Notes: generated by a model from the letters alone, not told the origin. Positions 29,979 through 40,623 are shown, counted from the stretch's first letter. The stretch is DNA of 64,000 nt from Acidobacteriota bacterium (GCA_036507075.1 DASXQR010000083.1:96001-160000); one strand, 5' to 3'. Translations and numbers: made by a program.

Positions 29979-30049
29979 CTCACCACAAAGACACAAAGGC
30001 ACAAAGCCTTCACTGCGAATCTCTTTGTGCCTTTGTGTCTTCGTGGTGA
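29979..30049. repeat. Palindromic CACCACAAAGACACAAAG element
   Basis: TCACCACAAAGACACAAAGGCACAAAG ... CTTTGTGCCTTTGTGTCTTCGTGGTGA. Confidence 0.75.
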
Positions 30050-30057
30050 AAGAATTC

Positions 30058-32079
30058 TTACTCGAGTTTTCGAAAAGCGCTTTTATCGATTTTCAACATG
30101 CTCCAGGCGAGCCAGTCGGCGCGTGTGTCCTTATCGGGGCCGGCATTGCATTCCAGGACCAGACTGTTTCCGCTGCCGGCAAAACGTCGCAGCGGCAGAT
30201 GATAATCCATCCAGTGACGATGATCGGGAATCCTGGCGGATTGCAGGTAGCGATCGATCAGGGGAACTAACTTTCCGTTCCGCTCCAAAGACAGCATCGC
30301 CTCGAAACCATCTCCGCTGTCAAAGACTGACGCAATGCCAACATGAAGCACAGAGTCCTGGTCGATTTCCGGCAAGGGAAGTCGCAGCCGGGTACCGGCG
30401 ATCGTTACCAGTGTTTTTCTTCTCTCGCCGTCCCTGAGCAGATATATTGGAAAAACGCGCCCGCCATTGGGAGTACGGAATTTTTCAAAGCTCGGATAGT
30501 ACTGCGCTCGATCCTCCTCAATCTGTCCGTTCAGCGCCGGTTCCAGTAATTCGACATTCCGTCCCTGCCAGTAATCAGGCAACAGGTCGAAATTACCCTC
30601 CCACAGACCGTAGACAAAGTAGTTCGGGATGGGAGCGCCGGTGTTGGCGGGCAGCTTTTCGCCCGAATCTTCAAAACGCATCGCGAGAGTCGGATCTTCG
30701 TAAAAGATCCGCAACAAGCTGTGACGATCGAAGTACCAGATGCTGTTTGCTTCCTTGGACTTTCTCAGGTGAATCACCGATCGCGGCAACAAGACAGGAT
30801 GGTGCCGGCGGAACGCTTGATGGAAGTTCCAGGCCACTCTCGATCCGTGGGGCGCCCACGATCGGTGCTCAAACCTCCAGATAGTCAGGTAACTCATCAG
30901 CAAGTTGAGGCCTGCCATCAGGACCATCAAAGCCTTCCTGCGAGAGGTCGTGGGCCATCGCGCCACAAAAACTCCCACCAGCGCGCTCAGCGGCACAAGC
31001 GGCATGTACAAGTGGTGAGGGTAAGGCGGCTCGACGACCAGAAGCACCGGCAAGAGAAACGCCACCGCCCAGATCAAAAACCAGAGCGAAAAATGCCCAT
31101 CCGTCTTTCTCTTCCAGACGAACGAGAGGAACAAAAGCGCGGCAGCTCCCTGGAAAAGGGCCAGGAACTGATGGACTCCCTCCAGCACGTCCCTGGGAAA
31201 GTGCGCGTCAATATTGAAAGCCCAGAGGAGAAACTTGTAGTTGGACAGCAGATTCGTCGGATGCAGCGAAAGATGGAAAGGATGCGTCGGAGAAGCAGGA
31301 TCCAGCCTTCCCTTAAGAATGACGAGAAAGAGGACGTAAATCACCGACAGTACGACAAAGGGCACGACGGGACGCAACCGTGCAACCAGCACGGTCCGGT
31401 CTTTTCCAATCGCGCCCCCGCCGCTCTCTGCAGCCAGCATACACAGCGCCAGCAAAGCGACGGGGATCATAACGGCTGTTTCCTTGCTCAGGAGCGCAAT
31501 CGCATAACAGCCCACCGCCACAGCAAGAAAAAATGATTCCTGCGAGCGGAGAAATTGCAGAAATGACGCAATGATCAGCAGCGTCAGAGTGGAAAACAGC
31601 CAGTCGGGAAGAAATGACGCGTCGTAACTGATGAAATACGCCACGCTGTGCAGGGCGAAAAATACATAACCCGCCGCTGCTGCTTTTTCATCCCTCAGCA
31701 GCCGGCGCAGCAGACCAAAAACCCCCAGCGAGATCAATGCGTGAAGGATAAATCCGACAATGTGGTAGCGCCGCGGACTCAAACCCCCGATGGGGTAGAG
31801 CAGGAAGGTGAATACCGGATAAGTGACCGGGCGGTATTGGCCCACATCATCCGGCTTCAGGAAGCTGGCTTTGATGGCTCCCAGCGTTTCCGTGCGGCGG
31901 CTCAGATAATAAAGACTGTCGCCGCAAAAAAAATTGTTCCACGAGACCGAATAGAAGACCAGCTGCAGCAGCAGGACCAGCGGGATAAACAGACGCGGCT
32001 TCTGCATTCGCAGCCAGGTCTCCTGAATCTTCCGGTAACCGGCCGCAAGCGTGGGAGAGTCCTGAAGGGCCCAAGCCAT
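30058..32079 (-). CDS. GT-C-fold membrane glycosyltransferase-like protein
   Basis: F.GD, QYRP, FALH, LLSKE motifs, many TM helices and a C-terminal periplasmic domain. Confidence 0.7.
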   Translation of the reverse strand: MAWALQDSPTLAAGYRKIQETWLRMQKPRLFIPLVLLLQLVFYSVSWNNFFCGDSLYYLSRRTETLGAIKASFLKPDDVGQYRPVTYPVFTFLLYPIGGLSPRRYHIVGFILHALISLGVFGLLRRLLRDEKAAAAGYVFFALHSVAYFISYDASFLPDWLFSTLTLLIIASFLQFLRSQESFFLAVAVGCYAIALLSKETAVMIPVALLALCMLAAESGGGAIGKDRTVLVARLRPVVPFVVLSVIYVLFLVILKGRLDPASPTHPFHLSLHPTNLLSNYKFLLWAFNIDAHFPRDVLEGVHQFLALFQGAAALLFLSFVWKRKTDGHFSLWFLIWAVAFLLPVLLVVEPPYPHHLYMPLVPLSALVGVFVARWPTTSRRKALMVLMAGLNLLMSYLTIWRFEHRSWAPHGSRVAWNFHQAFRRHHPVLLPRSVIHLRKSKEANSIWYFDRHSLLRIFYEDPTLAMRFEDSGEKLPANTGAPIPNYFVYGLWEGNFDLLPDYWQGRNVELLEPALNGQIEEDRAQYYPSFEKFRTPNGGRVFPIYLLRDGERRKTLVTIAGTRLRLPLPEIDQDSVLHVGIASVFDSGDGFEAMLSLERNGKLVPLIDRYLQSARIPDHRHWMDYHLPLRRFAGSGNSLVLECNAGPDKDTRADWLAWSMLKIDKSAFRKLE

Positions 32080-32510
32080 CAGAGGATCTTTTTGAGGTTT
32101 TCGAAGAAGTCGCTCACCATTTTTTTGGCGAGAGAGTGGATCATGCGCTGGCCGACCGACGCAATCATTCCCCCCGCCTGGACCTCTCCGTTATAACTTA
32201 CGTTGGTCTTCTCTTCCACGGGTTCCAGGCGAATTGTTCCCTTTCCATTGACAAAACCGGGCTTTCCCTGAGCATTGACATTCATCGTGTACGAGCTGGG
32301 GTAGTTTAAGTCTTCGAGGCGGATAGTGCCCAGAAACTTTCCCCGAATCGAGCCCACTCCGGCTTCAATTTCCAACTCGAATTCACTGTCGCCCTTTCGG
32401 TCGATGCGCCGGCAGCCCGGTATGGATCGCATCAGGGCGAGCGGATCCATCAAGTGTTTCCAGACAATTTCAGGCTTAGCGGGAAAAAGGTACTCGCCGG
32501 AAACATTCAT
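32079..32510 (-). CDS. coxG: CoxG/SRPBCC family protein
   Basis: VW..L.DP..L..SIPGC, VGQRMI; downstream of coxSLM-like genes. Confidence 0.85.
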   Translation of the reverse strand: MNVSGEYLFPAKPEIVWKHLMDPLALMRSIPGCRRIDRKGDSEFELEIEAGVGSIRGKFLGTIRLEDLNYPSSYTMNVNAQGKPGFVNGKGTIRLEPVEEKTNVSYNGEVQAGGMIASVGQRMIHSLAKKMVSDFFENLKKIL

Positions 32511-32583
32511 CCCATTTTAGAAACAGGAGACATGACCCTGCGCAGTAGAGTGTTCTGGTACCAATCTGCAGAGCCGCTCAAAG

Positions 32584-32702
32584 AATGCGGAATGGCGAAT
32601 GAATCAGAGCTTCAAGACAAGAACCTATTTTCTTATTCCTAATTCCGCATTCGCCATTCCGCATTCCGCATTCGCCACTCCCATTCCCCATTCCGCATTC
32701 GT
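32584..32702. repeat. Converging AATGCGG / CCGCATT heptamer arrays
   Basis: AATGCGGAATGGCGAATG ... ATTCCGCATTCGCCATTCCGCATTCCGCATT. Confidence 0.75.
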
Positions 32703-32704
32703 AT

Positions 32705-33565
32705 CTAGCCCGCCGCGGCGGCCAGGATTGCTCGTCGCGCGAACACGTCCGCCATCGCGGTGCGGTATTCCGTAGAGGCATGAATGTCGCCCTGCACGTC
32801 GACTCCAGCGGCCACGTCCTTGCACGCGCGCGTCACATTGCTTTCCGTCAGCGACTTGCCGCGAAGCGCCTCTTCCACTCTGGTAAGGCGAAACGCTTTC
32901 GGACCCACTCCGGTAAGAGCTACAGCGATTTTCTGGCACTTGCCGCCTTCATCTTTGCTCACCACTGCCGCCGCTCCGGCAATGGCAAACCCCGAGGCCT
33001 GCTGCCGAAGCTTTTGATAGGCGGACCCTGCTCCGCGGGGAAGAGCCGGAACATGAATGGCGACGATCAGTTCTCCGGGCGACAGTGCGGTGGTGAACAA
33101 ATCGAGGAAAAAATCCACCGCCGGCACTTGCCGGCGCCCCGAGTCTCCTTCTATTTCGATCTGCACGTCGAGCGCAAGCAGCGCCGCAGGGTAATCCGCG
33201 GCTGGATCGGCGTGCGCGATGCTGCCGCCGATAGTCCCCCGGTTGCGCACCTGAACATCCCCAATTTCAGACGCTGTCTGCGGAAGCAGCGCGCACCGGT
33301 TCTTGAGTGTCTGGCTGGTTTCAATAGCTCGATGAGTTACCAGCGCTCCAATCTTGATTTTTTCTCCCTGATCCGAGATCTGGGCCAATTCCTGGATACC
33401 CCCGAGATCAATCACCTGGCGGGGCGTCGCCAGACGCAGTTTCATCATCGGCACAAGGCTGTGGCCGCCCGACAGGAACTTGGCGTCGGTTCCGTATCGC
33501 CGCGAGAGCGAAATCGCTTCCTGCGTGCTGGCAGGACTGAAATACTCAAAGGCTTCCGGAATCAT
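32705..33565 (-). CDS. CoxM/CutM-like FAD subunit
   Basis: GGHSLVPMMKLRL, VRNRGTIGGS.AH.DP; ATGA overlap with the large subunit. Confidence 0.9.
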   Translation of the reverse strand: MIPEAFEYFSPASTQEAISLSRRYGTDAKFLSGGHSLVPMMKLRLATPRQVIDLGGIQELAQISDQGEKIKIGALVTHRAIETSQTLKNRCALLPQTASEIGDVQVRNRGTIGGSIAHADPAADYPAALLALDVQIEIEGDSGRRQVPAVDFFLDLFTTALSPGELIVAIHVPALPRGAGSAYQKLRQQASGFAIAGAAAVVSKDEGGKCQKIAVALTGVGPKAFRLTRVEEALRGKSLTESNVTRACKDVAAGVDVQGDIHASTEYRTAMADVFARRAILAAAAG

Positions 33566-35883
33566 TGCGCCTCCTTCTGCATCAATCTCCAGATCTTCTC
33601 CGGACGCAGCGGCATATCGATGTGCTTGACGCCAAACGGCCGCAGCGCATCCACAACAGCATTCACCAGCGCGGGTGTAGCTCCAATCGTCCCCGCTTCG
33701 CCCACCCCTTTGACGCCGAGCGGATTCACCGGCGAAGGTGTCTCGGTCCGATCCAGCTCCAGCCACGGGACATCCATCGCGCGGGGGATGGCATAGTCCA
33801 TCAGCGTGCCGGTGATCAACTGCCCGTTTTCGTCATAGACCGCCTCCTCCATGAATGCCTGGCCAAGGCTTTGGACAATGCCGCCGTGTATCTGGCCTTC
33901 AACCAGCAGAGGATTGATTACTTTGCCGCAGTCATCGACGGCGGCATATTTCAGAATTTTCACCGATCCGGTCTCGCGATCCGCCTCCACCACACAAAGG
34001 TGAGCGCCGAACGGGAAAGTAAAATTCTTGGGTTCGAAAAAATAGGTGGCGGACAAACCGGGCTCGTAGTTTTTCGGAAGATTCTTGGCGATGTGGGATG
34101 CCAGAGCCACTTCCTGAAGGGTGAGCGATTTTTCCGGATTGCTGCTGGAGTAAAACTTCCCGTCGCGGAAGGCGACCTGATTCTTTGGAAGTTTAAGCAG
34201 ATGCGCGGCCAGCACGGACGCCTTCTTGATCAGTTGCTGCACGGCACGGTAAACAGCCGTTCCGCCGACGGCCGTGGCGCGACTGCCGAACGTGCCGATG
34301 CCGTACTGCACGATTGCCGTGTCACCGTGGATCACGATGACATCGTCCAGGTCCACACCCAGCATTTCGGCGGCGATCTGGGCAAATGACGTTTCCTGGC
34401 CCTGCCCATGCGGAGATGCTCCGGTCAGCACGGTGACCTTGCCCGTGGGCTCGATGCGCACAGTGGCGCTTTCCCAGCCCCCCGCCGGCATGGCCGGCGA
34501 AGGTCCCATGGCACAAATCTCAACGTAGGTGGAAATTCCGATACCCAGGTAGCGACCCTTCTTTCGGCCCTTCTCCTGTTCGCGCCGCCACTTCTTGTAT
34601 TCTCCCAGCTTGAGCGCCTTCTTCAGCGAGGCCTCATAATTGCCGCTGTCGTAGCTCAGCCCGGTGGCAGTCGAATAGGGAAAGTCCTTTTTGGCGGGAA
34701 AATTCTTTCGACGCACCTCCACCGGATCCATGTTCAGTTCCTGAGCGACCAGATCGGCGGCTCGTTCAATCACATGCGTGGCTTCGGGCCTGCCTGCTCC
34801 GCGATAGGCGTCGGTGGCCATCTTATTGGTGAAGACGCCGGTCACGTCCATCCGAATCGCAGGAATGCGATAGGTCCCTGGCAGCATCAATCCGGTCAGG
34901 GTGGGAATGGCCGGCGTGAGCAACTGGTGGTAGGCTCCCAGGTCCGCCCAGATTTTGTAGGTGATTCCCAGAATCTGGCCGTCGTTCTTGATGGCGATTT
35001 CGACATCGCCCACCTGGCCGCGGCCGTGGATGGTGGCGGCGAAGTTCTCACTGCGCGTCTCAATCCACTTTACCGGCTTGCCGAGCTGCATGGCGATGTG
35101 TCCGAGAAGCGCTTCTTCGCCGTAGACGTTTAGTTTGCTTCCAAAACCGCCGCCCACTTCAGGAGTCACAACACGCAGGCGGTTCTCCGGCAGCCCGAGC
35201 ATGATTGCCACCTGCGTTCTCATAAGATGCGGGATTTGAGTGGACGACCAGATAGTCAGCTCTTTCTCTCCGGGGAAGTAACGGGCGATCACACCTCGCG
35301 GCTCCATGGCAACCGGGATGAGTCGCTGGTGCTCCATCCGCTGTTTGATAATCCGGTCGGCGTCCTTGAAGGCTTGTTTGACGTCGCCGCCTGAGAGCGT
35401 CCAGGTATAGGCGATGTTGTCTGAAAATTCATCGTGGATGGGCTTCGATTCGGGCGAGGCGGCCTTAATGGGGTCGACCACGGCGGCCAGCGGCTCGTAG
35501 TCGACCACCACTGCGTCGGCGGCATCACGCGCCTGATACAGGGATTGGGCCACCACAGCCACCACGGGCTCTCCGACGTAGCGGACTTTATTCAGCGCGA
35601 GCACCGGATGATGCGGCACTTTCAGATTCTCGAGCGCCCCTGCCGTCGGCACCGAGCCTACATTGCGGCAGTCTTCACCGGTGAATATCCGCACTACTCC
35701 GGGCATTTTCGAGGCGGCTGAATTATCGATGCGCCGGATCTTGGCGTGGCCATGAATGCTGCGAACAAAGGAAACGTAATGAAGATCGGGAAGCTTTATG
35801 TCATCCACGTAGTGTGCCAGCCCGCTCACCAGCCTGGGATCTTCTGTTCGCTTGACTGACTGTCCGATATAGCGCTGCGCCAT
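33562..35883 (-). CDS. Form II CoxL-like molybdoenzyme large subunit
   Basis: Active-site loop AYRGAGR, VGGGFGSK, HGQG, KGVGEAG. Confidence 0.9.
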   Translation of the reverse strand: MAQRYIGQSVKRTEDPRLVSGLAHYVDDIKLPDLHYVSFVRSIHGHAKIRRIDNSAASKMPGVVRIFTGEDCRNVGSVPTAGALENLKVPHHPVLALNKVRYVGEPVVAVVAQSLYQARDAADAVVVDYEPLAAVVDPIKAASPESKPIHDEFSDNIAYTWTLSGGDVKQAFKDADRIIKQRMEHQRLIPVAMEPRGVIARYFPGEKELTIWSSTQIPHLMRTQVAIMLGLPENRLRVVTPEVGGGFGSKLNVYGEEALLGHIAMQLGKPVKWIETRSENFAATIHGRGQVGDVEIAIKNDGQILGITYKIWADLGAYHQLLTPAIPTLTGLMLPGTYRIPAIRMDVTGVFTNKMATDAYRGAGRPEATHVIERAADLVAQELNMDPVEVRRKNFPAKKDFPYSTATGLSYDSGNYEASLKKALKLGEYKKWRREQEKGRKKGRYLGIGISTYVEICAMGPSPAMPAGGWESATVRIEPTGKVTVLTGASPHGQGQETSFAQIAAEMLGVDLDDVIVIHGDTAIVQYGIGTFGSRATAVGGTAVYRAVQQLIKKASVLAAHLLKLPKNQVAFRDGKFYSSSNPEKSLTLQEVALASHIAKNLPKNYEPGLSATYFFEPKNFTFPFGAHLCVVEADRETGSVKILKYAAVDDCGKVINPLLVEGQIHGGIVQSLGQAFMEEAVYDENGQLITGTLMDYAIPRAMDVPWLELDRTETPSPVNPLGVKGVGEAGTIGATPALVNAVVDALRPFGVKHIDMPLRPEKIWRLMQKEAQ

Positions 35884-35891
35884 GAGACCTC

Positions 35892-36404
35892 CTATCGAGC
35901 GACTGTCTCGGGCTGTTTGTCTTCCTTCACGGCGGCCGGGGCGGCGTGCATCTTTGCGGCTGCGGAACGGATCGCCTTGACAATGTGCTGATAGCCGGTG
36001 CAGCGACATAAGTTACCCTCGATTCCGCGGCGGATTTCCTCGTCGGTGGGCTGGGTATTGTCCTGCAGCAACTGGTGCGCCGTCATGATCATTCCCGGCG
36101 TGCAATAGCCGCATTGCAAGCCGTGCTCCTCCCAGAAGGCCTGTTGTATCGGATGCAGCTTTCCATCCTTTGCCAGGGCCTCGATGGTCGTGACTTCCCT
36201 GTTGTTTGCCTGAACGGCCAGCAGGGTGCAGGATTTTACGGCTTTGCCGTCGAGCAACACCGTGCACGCCCCGCAGACCGAGGTCTCACAGCCGATGTGC
36301 GTGCCGGTAAGCTGTGCATTTTCCCGCAAAAAGTGAACCAGCAGCAGCCTCGGTTCAACATCCGCCTGATGCCTTTTTCCGTTTATTGAAAGTGAGATTT
36401 GCAT
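35892..36404 (-). CDS. CoxS-like 2Fe-2S subunit
   Basis: [23 protein letters not shown]. Confidence 0.92.
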   Translation of the reverse strand: MQISLSINGKRHQADVEPRLLLVHFLRENAQLTGTHIGCETSVCGACTVLLDGKAVKSCTLLAVQANNREVTTIEALAKDGKLHPIQQAFWEEHGLQCGYCTPGMIMTAHQLLQDNTQPTDEEIRRGIEGNLCRCTGYQHIVKAIRSAAAKMHAAPAAVKEDKQPETVAR

Positions 36405-36537
36405 TTCGAACCCCCGTCTTTTGGGCCGATCGAGTCTTAACGAAACCGGAATGTGCAGCCGATTCTATCAAAAACCCGAAAGCGAAAAGCAAATCGAATT
36501 TTCCGTGGAACGGGTGTGAAAAAGTCATGGCACAAGG

Positions 36538-36680
36538 ATTGGTCATTGGTCATTCGTCATCAGCCACCAAGTCATTGGTCATCGCTCACGGTTGTCAATT
36601 ACTCACGCCCGATGAAACCAGTGGCCTAATGACGAATGACGAATGACCAATGACCACCAATGACCAGTGACCAATGACGA
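36538..36680. repeat. Converging GGTCATT / AATGACC heptamer arrays
   Basis: ATTGGTCATTGGTCATT ... AATGACGAATGACGAATGACCAATGACC. Confidence 0.75.
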
Positions 36681-36712
36681 TTCTTGTGTCTTTGTGGTGC
36701 GAAAGGAGGGTT

Positions 36713-37375
36713 CTATTTGAACTCGACGTTCTTGACGCGGCCCTTGTCGAATACGACGATAAACCGATCATAAACGTAGGTGCGGGTGTCGCCGAGAACG
36801 ACCTGCATCATGGGCGAACCCAACTGGGCCTTCACCTGAGCCTCGGTCATTCCATGCGAGATTTCAATGCCTTGATCAGCGCCTCGGGAACGATCAGCCG
36901 ACATCGAAGGCGCAGCAGTGGAAGGCGCGGTTTGACGTGGCAGCTCTCGCGGCGGGATGTTGTGAATAGTTACTGGCGGCTTGCCCGGTTCGGAGGCAGG
37001 CGCAGGAGCCTCGTCAACTTCTCTGTACGACGAGTAGGGCAGGGAATTTCGGATGATCAAGCTGTACGGCGGCTGCATCCTGGCCGCCAGATAGTAGCGG
37101 TTCCATCCTAACGGGATAGACCTGGCCTGTTGCGTCAAATAGGCGCCGCTCTGGTAGTAGGCGCCATTCTGATAATAGGGATCAAAGTAGCTCTGATAGC
37201 CCGTGTACGGAGAAAACGCACACTGCGGCGCGTAGTATTGGGTCTGGTAATACATGTGTCTTGGGCCTGAGTAGGATCGAATCAGGCCGGCGTGCCCGGA
37301 ATAACGATGATGAAAGGCCGAAGCTTCTCCGCCAAGCGCCAGGTAAAGACTGATAACAACGAGACTTTTCTTCAT
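36713..37375 (-). CDS. Secreted hypothetical protein (Tyr-rich, Pro-rich linker, BamE/SmpA-like C-terminus)
   Basis: Signal peptide; GMTEAQVKAQLGSP...VVFDKGRV. Confidence 0.55.
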   Translation of the reverse strand: MKKSLVVISLYLALGGEASAFHHRYSGHAGLIRSYSGPRHMYYQTQYYAPQCAFSPYTGYQSYFDPYYQNGAYYQSGAYLTQQARSIPLGWNRYYLAARMQPPYSLIIRNSLPYSSYREVDEAPAPASEPGKPPVTIHNIPPRELPRQTAPSTAAPSMSADRSRGADQGIEISHGMTEAQVKAQLGSPMMQVVLGDTRTYVYDRFIVVFDKGRVKNVEFK

Positions 37376-37456
37376 CGTGCAACCATTTTACCCCAGCTTC
37401 GGACACTCTTGAAGATGTTCTTGAGCGAAAAAAGGTTCATACATGGGGTCACAATT

Positions 37457-38203
37457 TCAACGGCGCCCGGATCGCGGCGGGTAGGAGAAGTACTTGCCAA
37501 CGTCGCGGGCGGTCAGTTCCCGCAATTCTCCTGTCTTCAGGGCGCCCAATTTCAGTTTCCCCACCTGCACACGAACCAGCTTCAGCACGATGTGCTCCAG
37601 AGCCTCGAACATTCGCCGCACTTGACGGTTCCTTCCTTCATGAATCGTCAACTCGAACCAACTGTGACGTTCCGTCGTTCTTATCGGATTCACCCGCGCC
37701 GGCAGGGTAAAACCGTCGGACAGTTCAACGCCGCCGCGAAGTTTCTCAATTTCCGAATCTTCGACCTTACCACTCACTTTCACCAGGTAAGTCTTGGGGA
37801 CCTTGAATGAAGGATCGGTCAGGTAATTCGCAAAATCATTGTCGTTGGTCAGAAGCAAAAGGCCGGATGTATTCTTGTCCAGGCGTCCCACAGAGAAGAT
37901 ATGCTGCTGACCCGGCGGCAAAAGATCGTAGACCGTTTTGCGGTCCAGCTTGTCCTGGTGGGTGGTGATGACTCCTTTGGGCTTATTGAGCGCCCAGTAT
38001 TTTCGAGCGGCACGCCGCACCTCCACATGGTTCACCGCGAGGTGATCGCGTTTTAGATCGACCCACCGCTCAGGATTGCGCTCCACTTTTCCGTTTACCG
38101 AGACCCGGCCGGCAATAATCTGGTCTCGCGCCTTGGTGCGCGACGCGATGCCGAAACGGGAAAGAGCCCGGTCCAGGGTGGCCTTGGTCTTGGTGGAATT
38201 CAA
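37457..38203 (-). CDS. RsuA/RluB family rRNA pseudouridine synthase
   Basis: S4 domain, NKPKG, VGRLD..TSGLLLLTND, EGRNRQVRRM. Confidence 0.92.
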   Translation of the reverse strand: MNSTKTKATLDRALSRFGIASRTKARDQIIAGRVSVNGKVERNPERWVDLKRDHLAVNHVEVRRAARKYWALNKPKGVITTHQDKLDRKTVYDLLPPGQQHIFSVGRLDKNTSGLLLLTNDNDFANYLTDPSFKVPKTYLVKVSGKVEDSEIEKLRGGVELSDGFTLPARVNPIRTTERHSWFELTIHEGRNRQVRRMFEALEHIVLKLVRVQVGKLKLGALKTGELRELTARDVGKYFSYPPRSGRR

Positions 38204-38239
38204 TTCGTGCCTCCGACTTAGAACATGGGGAAAAAATTA

Positions 38240-38295
38240 ACCACAAAGACACAAAGGGCACAAAGAATCTTTGTGTCCTTTGTGCCTTTGTGGTG
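38240..38295. repeat. Palindromic ACCACAAAGACACAAAG element
   Basis: ACCACAAAGACACAAAGGGCACAAAG ... CTTTGTGTCCTTTGTGCCTTTGTGGT. Confidence 0.75.
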
Positions 38296-38309
38296 ATTTT
38301 TTCAACCCC

Positions 38310-39365
38310 TTAGCAAAATGGACTCAGAACATCCAGTTCCGAAGCCAGGGCGCTTAGCTCCCGTTTTAGAACATCATTGACAGGGATCCCGTTTGCGCGC
38401 CGTTCGATTTCGATTTCGTCTTCGATTTCTCCCGGCACAAAGACTCGTTCCGTGCCGGGGGCGCGCGGGCAGTTCTTCAGGCTGGAAACTTCCTCGTCCA
38501 CCCGTGATTTGAATTCTCCCAGCGGCATAAAGCTTTCTACGCGAATAGTCCCGAACATGTGACCAATCCCCTGCGGCTCGGACATCGGCCCATAGAGCCC
38601 GCTCACAGATGCGGCAAAGGCACTACCCGTCAAAACACCGGTGAGCAGATCAAGTATCATGCTCAGCCCGTATCCTTTATATCCGCCCAGCGGCTGAATC
38701 GATCCTCCATCAATCACCGCCCTGGGATTGTCGGTGGCAAGCCAATGGCTGTCAAAACCCCAGGTGGGAGGAATGCGCCGCCCTTCGGTCATGGCAACCA
38801 GAATCTTTCCCAGGGCAACAGCGCCGGTGGCCATATCGAGCACCACCGGGCGATGTGCGCCGGCGGGGATGGCGACACAAAGGGGATTGTTCCCAAGAAT
38901 CTTCCGGCTGCCGCCCGATGGAGCCATGGTAGGGCCTGCGTTGCTGCCCGCAAAGCCGATCATTCCCTGCTCAACGGCCATCAGAGCGTAAAATGCCGCC
39001 GCGCCAAAGTGATTGCTGTTGCGCACGCCGACGATTGAAACGCCCGCCGCCAGACCCTTCTCAATTGCCAGACGCATCGCCCTGGCCGAAATTATCTGTC
39101 CCATCCCCGAGCCGCCATCCACAAGCGCGAAGGCGGCGCCCTCACGAACGACGCGGAACTCTCCGTCCGGCTTAATTCCTCCGGCCCGCAGGCGGTCCGT
39201 GTAGATTTTCATGCGGATGATTCCGTGAGAGTCCACGCCGCGCAGGTTGGCGGCAACAATGGCACTGCCCGTGAGTCGCGCGTCATCTGGACCAAGTCCG
39301 AGCTTTTGAAAGCAGCGGGTGCAGAACTCGGTCAATTGCGTAACCGGTATTCTGGTATCAGGCAT
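38310..39365 (-). CDS. Ldh_2 (type-2 malate/L-lactate dehydrogenase family) oxidoreductase
   Basis: RGVDSHG, NSNHFG, GNNP, LDMAT, GGYKGYGL. Confidence 0.92.
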   Translation of the reverse strand: MPDTRIPVTQLTEFCTRCFQKLGLGPDDARLTGSAIVAANLRGVDSHGIIRMKIYTDRLRAGGIKPDGEFRVVREGAAFALVDGGSGMGQIISARAMRLAIEKGLAAGVSIVGVRNSNHFGAAAFYALMAVEQGMIGFAGSNAGPTMAPSGGSRKILGNNPLCVAIPAGAHRPVVLDMATGAVALGKILVAMTEGRRIPPTWGFDSHWLATDNPRAVIDGGSIQPLGGYKGYGLSMILDLLTGVLTGSAFAASVSGLYGPMSEPQGIGHMFGTIRVESFMPLGEFKSRVDEEVSSLKNCPRAPGTERVFVPGEIEDEIEIERRANGIPVNDVLKRELSALASELDVLSPFC

Positions 39366-40623
39366 AAGAAGACGAAGAAGATAGTTCCACCTTGATTGAG
39401 ATCAAAACCCAGTAGGCGAGCATGCCGCCCACCAGCACGCCGCCTGTGATGCTCAAAGCAATCGCGAATGATTGCGTTTGCTGCGCGATGATGCCGGTGA
39501 GAACCGGTGCGAGAATTCCACCGATATTGCCGCCAAAGTTCTGAATTCCCGAAACGGTGCCTACTATCTTTTTTGAGCACATCGCCTGCGTCAAGGTCCA
39601 GGTATTGGGAGCGGAGATCCCCAACCCGCACAGCGAAGTAGTCAGCAGCCACACGGAAGTCATTTTGTCTTCCACCATTCCTGCCGGCACGATCAGGCAT
39701 GCGATTGCCAGCCCTATAATGATCAGACCCTTTCTAACTCGAACTTCTGAGTGTCCACGCCGAATCAGCCAGTCACTCAGAGAACCGGAAAGAATAATGA
39801 TCACAGACATGGCGACATAAGGGATCGAACTGTACACTCCCATCTCGCGCGTGGTGAATTTTCGCTCCCGCACAAGGTAGGTCGGCAGCCAGTTGAAATA
39901 AACAAACCAGGCATAGTCGTAAGCAAAAAACCCGAGGAAAATGCCCATCACCGTCCGGTTCTTCAACAGGCCGAGTGATTGCAAAAAGGAGAAACGGTTG
40001 GCCTGGGCTGTCTGACCATCGGTTGTGCCGGCGTCTGTGGTCGCTTCCCAGGGCTTCAGGAACTTGATCCACGGCAGCAGCCAGATCAGGGGAAGCAGTC
40101 CGGTCAGAAGAAAGAAGATCTTCACATCGTAAGCGACCAGCATTGCCGCGCCCACCACGGCAATGATGGCTTGACCAAGGCGCACTCCAGCCAGATAGGC
40201 CGCCGTAACAATACCGCGCTCCCTTTCCTGGAACCAATTGGCCACAGCGCGCGCGCTGGCCGGAAACGCAACAGCCTGTCCCACTCCCAGCAGAATACGA
40301 AGCGCCATCAGTGCTGCCAGGCTGGAAGTCACTCCCGTGAGCGCAGAGGCGCCGGACCAGAAGCTGTAGCCGATGGCATAGGCGCGGCGGACGCCAAACC
40401 GGTCCACCATCCAACCCGCCGGCATCTGCATGAACGAATACGACCAGAAGAAGGCAGAAAGCAGAATCCCCATCTGGGATTCTGAAAGCCGGAAGTTTTT
40501 CATTACCGAGTGAGCCGCCACTGGCAGCGCGCCGCGCTGGGCATAACAAAAGATCATCCCGCTAACCAGCAGGAGCATCAGCCACCATCGCCGTGGGGAA
40601 TCCTTCAGAGCAGGTCCGGACAT
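39358..40623 (-). CDS. MFS transporter, ACS (sugar-acid) family
   Basis: SAFFWSY..Q.P.G..DRFG.R, W...ERG, WLPTYL; about 12 TM helices. Confidence 0.9.
   Translation of the reverse strand: MSGPALKDSPRRWWLMLLLVSGMIFCYAQRGALPVAAHSVMKNFRLSESQMGILLSAFFWSYSFMQMPAGWMVDRFGVRRAYAIGYSFWSGASALTGVTSSLAALMALRILLGVGQAVAFPASARAVANWFQERERGIVTAAYLAGVRLGQAIIAVVGAAMLVAYDVKIFFLLTGLLPLIWLLPWIKFLKPWEATTDAGTTDGQTAQANRFSFLQSLGLLKNRTVMGIFLGFFAYDYAWFVYFNWLPTYLVRERKFTTREMGVYSSIPYVAMSVIIILSGSLSDWLIRRGHSEVRVRKGLIIIGLAIACLIVPAGMVEDKMTSVWLLTTSLCGLGISAPNTWTLTQAMCSKKIVGTVSGIQNFGGNIGGILAPVLTGIIAQQTQSFAIALSITGGVLVGGMLAYWVLISIKVELSSSSSYA

Noticed and set aside
33562..35883. True form I aerobic CO dehydrogenase
   Set aside because: Loop is AYRGAGR, not AYxCSFR, and gene order is S-L-M
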